A DNA stretch of 64,000 bases. It comes from Candidatus Geothermocultor quzhuomuensis (GTDB lineage Bacteria; Actinomycetota; Aquicultoria; Geothermocultorales; Geothermocultoraceae). Positions 59,690 through 64,000 of this stretch are shown here, one piece after another. A model generated the notes under the pieces. That model made no database searches, was not told the DNA's origin, and was given only the letters and a program-made list of their open reading frames with translations. Location of the stretch: assembly GCA_015711795.1 (NCBI GenBank), contig JACVJC010000006.1, positions 198 through 64,197 of the forward strand. Reading direction: 5' to 3'. The position numbers and the translations under genes were made by a program. Each line of letters opens with the position of its first letter. Within the stretch, counting starts at the first letter, position 1.

Positions 59690-60252
59690 AAGTGGTTCTT
59701 TATTATATTATTATTGTTATTTTCTTCATTGTCATCGCTTTTTTAGTTTTTTTATTAATTAAAAGCAAGACCTCCCCAAAAGAATTCCTTGAAGAGGCTC
59801 ATGTTGATCGATATGTTTTGGTCGATCGTGAAACTGATTTATACAATCGAAGATTTTTCTTGAAGAAAATAGAGGAAGAAGTTGACCGCGGGAAAAGATA
59901 TGGTGCTGGTTTTTCCCTAGCTTTACTTCATTTACCTTTTGAGGTAACTTCTCTTGATGATGTAAATTTAAATAAAATTTTACGCAAAATTGGCTCAATT
60001 ATCACTAAAGATACACGCTTTTCGGATGTGGTTGCCCGTTATGGGAGGGAAAAAATAGGAGTTTTCTTTCCTATGACTTTAAGGAGAAGCGTTGATGTTC
60101 CAACTGAAAGAATTAAAGAGAAAATTACAGCTTTTTTGAATGAGGAAGGATTTAGCCAAGAAGAAGTTTATTTTACTATTTATTCATTTCCTGAGGATGC
60201 TTCCAAGATAGAAAAATTTATTAGAGAAATTTCTGAAACTCTCACTTATTGA
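59686..60252 (+). CDS. N-terminal TM + degenerate GGDEF domain
   Basis: D.ET.LYNRR.F, RFSDVVARYGREKI (RxxD retained, GGDEF lost). Confidence 0.75.
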   Translation: MKVVLYYIIIVIFFIVIAFLVFLLIKSKTSPKEFLEEAHVDRYVLVDRETDLYNRRFFLKKIEEEVDRGKRYGAGFSLALLHLPFEVTSLDDVNLNKILRKIGSIITKDTRFSDVVARYGREKIGVFFPMTLRRSVDVPTERIKEKITAFLNEEGFSQEEVYFTIYSFPEDASKIEKFIREISETLTY

Positions 60253-60277
60253 TACTGGTTCGAGATATAATGAGGGA

Positions 60278-60736
60278 ATGAAAGTCAAAGTTATCCTTTT
60301 AGAAAATTTAATTAAGTTAGGGGAAAAGGGAAAAGTAGTTGAGGTGTCTCGAGGTTACGCTTTTAATTATTTAATTCCTAAAGGCTTAGCTCAATTAGCT
60401 AATTCAGTTTCTTTAAAAGAATTAAGGGAAAAGGAAGAGTCTGAGAAGAGAAGAGAAGAACATTTAAAGAAAGAAGCTGAGGAAATAGCTGAAAGGTTAA
60501 GAGGAAAGGAAGTAACAATTAAAGCTAAAATTGGTAGCGAAGGTAAGCTTTTTGGTTCAATTACTTCAAAAGATATTTCAGAAGCAATTAAAAATGATTT
60601 GGGCATTGAAGTTGAAAAGAAAAAAATATTACTTGAGGAACCAATAAAGCAAGCTGGTTCCTATCCTATTCCGATAAAGTTGTTTCATCAAGTTGAGACT
60701 GAGGTTAAATTAAGGGTGGAAGAAGAAAGTGGTTGA
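60278..60736 (+). CDS. rplI: 50S ribosomal protein L9
   Basis: MKVKVILLE...LGEKG.VVEVSRGYAFNYLIPKG, GKLFGSIT. Confidence 0.96.
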   Translation: MKVKVILLENLIKLGEKGKVVEVSRGYAFNYLIPKGLAQLANSVSLKELREKEESEKRREEHLKKEAEEIAERLRGKEVTIKAKIGSEGKLFGSITSKDISEAIKNDLGIEVEKKKILLEEPIKQAGSYPIPIKLFHQVETEVKLRVEEESG

Positions 60737-62078
60737 GAAAAAAACATTAGAGTCATTTTTAGTCGATAGAGTTCCCCCTCACAATTTAGAGGCAGAGATT
60801 TCACTTTTAGGCTCGATGCTCATTTCACCAGAGGTGATTCATGATGTTTTAGAAGTCGTGGATGCTTCAAGTTTTTATCGGGAATCTCATCGACGAATTT
60901 TCGAAGCCATATTTGACCTTTACGCTAAGGGGGAGCCTGTTGATCCTATAACTGTTTCCGAAATTTTAAAGGCGAGAGGTTTTTTAGAAGAAGTTGGAGG
61001 GAAACCCTACCTTTTGACTTTGGTTTCAAGTGTTCCAACAGCAGCCAATGCTACCTACTATGCTAAGATAGTTGACCGAAATGCTGTTTTACGTTCATTA
61101 ATTAAAGTTGCCACCGAGATTGCTCAATTAGGTTACGATGCTCCTGAAGATGTCGAGTGGGCATTAGACCAAGCTGAAACCTTCATCTTCAATATTGCTA
61201 AAAAAAGAATCTCGGAAAAGTTTGTTCCCCTTAAAGAACTTGTTACTGAAGCTTTTGAAGAAATTGAGAAGCTTTACGAAACTAGGTCACTTGTTACTGG
61301 TATTTCCACTGGCTTTGAAAAACTGGATGAGCTTACTTCAGGCTTACATCCTTCGGATTTAATCGTTATTGCTGCCCGTCCCTCGATGGGCAAAACTTCT
61401 TTAGCTTTAAACATTGCTCAACATGTCGGGATTAATGAAAGAATACCAGTAGGGATCTTTTCTCTAGAAATGTCAAGGCATCAGCTGGTTCAAAGAATGC
61501 TTTGTTCCGAGGCAAGAGTGGATGCTAAAGCTTTAAGAACCGGCAATTTAAAAGATGACACTTGGCCTCGGCTAGCTAATGCGGTTGGTCGCTTGGCTGA
61601 TGCACCCATTTTCATAGATGATACTCCTAACATCAACATTATTGAGTTAAGAGCAAAAGCAAGAAGGTTGATGGCAAAGGAGAAAATTGGCTTGCTTATA
61701 ATTGACTATCTTCAATTAATGCAAGGTCGCGAAAGAATGGAAAACCGTCAGCAGGAAATTTCAGAGATTTCTCGAGCTCTTAAAATTTTAGGTAGAGAAT
61801 TAAATGTCCCAGTTATTGCAGTTTCTCAACTTTCCCGAGCTGTTGAGCAAAGAGCCGAGAAGAAACCTCAGCTTTCTGACTTAAGGGAGTCTGGAGCAAT
61901 TGAGCAAGATGCAGATTTAGTTATCTTTATTTATCGAGAAGATTATTACAACCGAGATTCTGAAAAGAAGGGAATTGCTGAAATTAATGTAGCTAAACAT
62001 CGTAATGGTCCCACAGGAGAAATTTCTCTTGCTTTTATAGAGCACTACACCAAATTTGAAAATCTTTATGAGGAGTAA
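60729..62078 (+). CDS. dnaB: Replicative DNA helicase
   Basis: PPHNLEAE, AARPSMGKT, FSLEM, IDYLQLM, SQLSRAVE, DLRESGAIEQDAD, KHRNGPTG; no intein. Confidence 0.97.
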   Translation: MVEKKTLESFLVDRVPPHNLEAEISLLGSMLISPEVIHDVLEVVDASSFYRESHRRIFEAIFDLYAKGEPVDPITVSEILKARGFLEEVGGKPYLLTLVSSVPTAANATYYAKIVDRNAVLRSLIKVATEIAQLGYDAPEDVEWALDQAETFIFNIAKKRISEKFVPLKELVTEAFEEIEKLYETRSLVTGISTGFEKLDELTSGLHPSDLIVIAARPSMGKTSLALNIAQHVGINERIPVGIFSLEMSRHQLVQRMLCSEARVDAKALRTGNLKDDTWPRLANAVGRLADAPIFIDDTPNINIIELRAKARRLMAKEKIGLLIIDYLQLMQGRERMENRQQEISEISRALKILGRELNVPVIAVSQLSRAVEQRAEKKPQLSDLRESGAIEQDADLVIFIYREDYYNRDSEKKGIAEINVAKHRNGPTGEISLAFIEHYTKFENLYEE

Positions 62079-62118
62079 AGTAACTCTTTTACCTATTTAA
62101 AGCTGCTTTAAAAGTTGG

Positions 62119-63516
62119 GTGGTTGTCATTGATTCAACTCTGAAGGAAATAGGTTCTCTTTTAGCAGAAGAAAAGAAACCAACCTTTTTACCTGAAGAAG
62201 TTTTTGAAGAATTTCTTCCTGATGATCATCCCTTTTTGCTTGAAAGTCGAATGAGGAATGAGAAGATAGGGCGCTATTCCTTTATCTCTAGTGAGCCTTT
62301 TTTAGTTTTGAAAGGTAAAGGCAGGAAACTTCAGGTTCTTGAAAGGGGAAAGTTAAAAGAAAGAAAAGGAAATCCTCTTTATCTCCTTAAGAGTTTACTT
62401 AAGAACTATCAACTTCAGGGCCATTCTGGCTTACCTTTTTTAGGTGGGGCAGTTGGTTATTTCTCTTATGATCTTAAATCCCATCTGGAAAAATTACCTT
62501 CAATTGCTCAAGACGATTTAGACCTTCCTGAAATATATTTAGGCTTTTATGACCACGGGTTAATTTTTGACCATTTTGAAAATTCTCTCTATCTCGTTTC
62601 GTTAACTCGAGAAGCAATGAGGAGGTTAAAGGAGAAAATAAAAAGAGTTGGAAACAGAAAAAGAAAAAAAAGAAAAAAGTTTTATAAGAAAAATTTTTTT
62701 CAATCCAATTTTACCAAGAAAGGTTACTTGGAAGCGGTTAAGAGAGCCATTGAATATATTTTTGCTGGTGATATTTATCAAGTCAACCTTTCTCAACGCT
62801 TTCATAGCTTACTCTCAGTCGATGGTTTTACTCTTTATCAGATTCTACAAAGAATAAACCCTTCTCCCTTCGCTGCTTATCTCAAATTTGACCAATTTGA
62901 GGTTGTTAGTTCTTCTCCTGAGAGATTTTTAAGGTTGAAGGAAGGCTGGGTTGAGACACGTCCGATAAAAGGCACTCGCCCTCGTGGTGGAAGCCCTGAA
63001 GAGGACGAGAAATTAGCTCAGGAGCTTTCCTTGAGTCCAAAGGACCGAGCGGAGAACTTAATGATTGTTGATTTAGAGCGAAACGATTTAGGAAAAGTTT
63101 GTGAGTATGGAAGTGTTAAGGTGACGGAACTTTTTTCCCTAGAAAAATACGCTACTGTTTTTCATCTTGTTTCAACGGTTGAAGGAAGACTGAGAGAAGG
63201 GAATGATGCTGTTGATTTGTTGATGGCTACTTTCCCAGGTGGTTCTATCACCGGTGCTCCTAAAATTAGAGCAATGGAAATAATTGAGGAGCTTGAACCA
63301 ACTAAAAGAGGAATCTACACCGGCTCTATTGGTTATATCTCTTTTTGCGGAGATATGGATTTAAACATTGCCATTAGGACTTTTTTGGTTAAAGAAGGAA
63401 CAGCTTACTTCCAAGTTGGTGGAGGTATAGTAGCTGATTCTGACCCTGAAGCTGAATATCAGGAAACTTTGGATAAAGCAAAAGCCTTAATAGAAGCAGT
63501 TAATCAATCTTTTTAA
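62119..63516 (+). CDS. pabB: Aminodeoxychorismate synthase component I
   Basis: GDIYQVNLS, SSSPERF, TRPIKGT, KDRAENLMIVDLERNDL, FPGGSITGAPK, GGGIV. Confidence 0.9.
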   Translation: MVVIDSTLKEIGSLLAEEKKPTFLPEEVFEEFLPDDHPFLLESRMRNEKIGRYSFISSEPFLVLKGKGRKLQVLERGKLKERKGNPLYLLKSLLKNYQLQGHSGLPFLGGAVGYFSYDLKSHLEKLPSIAQDDLDLPEIYLGFYDHGLIFDHFENSLYLVSLTREAMRRLKEKIKRVGNRKRKKRKKFYKKNFFQSNFTKKGYLEAVKRAIEYIFAGDIYQVNLSQRFHSLLSVDGFTLYQILQRINPSPFAAYLKFDQFEVVSSSPERFLRLKEGWVETRPIKGTRPRGGSPEEDEKLAQELSLSPKDRAENLMIVDLERNDLGKVCEYGSVKVTELFSLEKYATVFHLVSTVEGRLREGNDAVDLLMATFPGGSITGAPKIRAMEIIEELEPTKRGIYTGSIGYISFCGDMDLNIAIRTFLVKEGTAYFQVGGGIVADSDPEAEYQETLDKAKALIEAVNQSF

Positions 63517-63544
63517 TCAGGGGTAGAAGGGAATTGAGCGAGAA

Positions 63545-64000
63545 ATGAGCGATTTGGCTTTTGTTAATGGTCAAATAGTTCCTTTAAACGAAGCAAAAAT
63601 TTCCATTTTGGACCGCGGTTTTCAATATGGAGACGGCTTATTTGAAACTATTCGAGTTTATCATGGAAAGCCCTTCCTTATCCAAAAGCATTTGGAGAGG
63701 TTGGAGAAAGGAGCAAAAGAGATTGGAATTAAGTTCCCTCCATGGCGAAAAATTGAGAAGGCAATAGAAGAAATTTTAAATTCAAGAGGTGAAAAGATTT
63801 TAAAGATTATTTTAACGAGAGGGATTGGAAAAAGAAGTGCTATGTTTAAAGATTTTAAAGAGCCCTCTTTAATTGTTTATACTGAGGACTACCTCCCTTT
63901 ACCTGAGAATTTTTATCTAGAAGGAGTTAAGGCGCTCCTTCTTCCGGAAAATCGTTCTTTTTTTAGACACCTCAAATCACTTAACTTTTTACCTAATTTA
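63545..64000 (+). CDS. pabC: Aminotransferase class IV (4-amino-4-deoxychorismate lyase-like), 3' truncated by window
   Basis: ATG 63545; AFVNGQIV, DRGFQYGDGLFETIR, HLERL; follows pabB. Confidence 0.75.
   Translation, partial: MSDLAFVNGQIVPLNEAKISILDRGFQYGDGLFETIRVYHGKPFLIQKHLERLEKGAKEIGIKFPPWRKIEKAIEEILNSRGEKILKIILTRGIGKRSAMFKDFKEPSLIVYTEDYLPLPENFYLEGVKALLLPENRSFFRHLKSLNFLPNL

Noticed and set aside
113-62857. Numerous short antisense or overlapping ORFs in the supplied track
   Set aside because: They lie within confidently identified genes and show no family motifs.
1-64000. tRNA, rRNA, CRISPR arrays, integrase/att sites flanking the ars island, DnaB intein
   Set aside because: No TTCGAATCC-type arms, regularly spaced repeats, integrase gene, flanking direct repeats or in-frame insertion were visible on manual reading; a tRNAscan/CRISPR scan would settle this.

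Overview
A 64-kb, AT-rich bacterial chromosomal segment, almost all encoded on the + strand. The S18/S6/L31 sequences look actinobacterial while the gene order is Firmicutes-like (tal-rho-rpmE-prfA-prmC-tsaC-rpiB-glyA; rpsF-ssb-rpsR-yybS-[gdpP slot]-rplI-dnaB). I infer a deep-branching, low-GC anaerobic Actinomycetota lineage, which cannot be confirmed here. Housekeeping backbone: nuoL(partial)MN, htrA, argS, nfo, lysA, hom-thrC-thrB, sppA, tal, rho, rpmE, prfA, prmC, tsaC, rpiB, glyA, ychF, rpsF-ssb-rpsR, rplI, dnaB, pabB and a partial pabC. Four accessory blocks stand out. (1) 7.3-11.4 kb: a decayed islet with a complete-ended but broken IS3 (40-bp TIRs, AAAT target duplication), pseudogenes and a vapBC pair. 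(2) 21.2-24.3 kb: an archaeal-type cyclic 2,3-diphosphoglycerate operon (metallophosphoesterase, cDPG synthetase, 2-phosphoglycerate kinase). (3) 35.3-44.6 kb: a visibly GC-richer arsenic/Fe-S island (arsD, arsR, split arsA1/arsA2, Acr3-USP-USP fusion, second acr3, Cys-rich methyltransferase, DUF59, lone hypC, sufC-sufB). It hides the best candidate for a new system: an ArsD-like gene (37933-38292) with an in-frame TGA followed by a SECIS-like hairpin, i.e. a probable selenocysteine ArsD paralogue that the ORF track truncates. (4) 45.2-54.1 kb: an exosortase-G-like surface-protein sorting and glycosylation locus with an IPTL-CTERM-type target. I saw no tRNA, rRNA or CRISPR array. All family assignments come from motif recognition by eye; no database searches were run.
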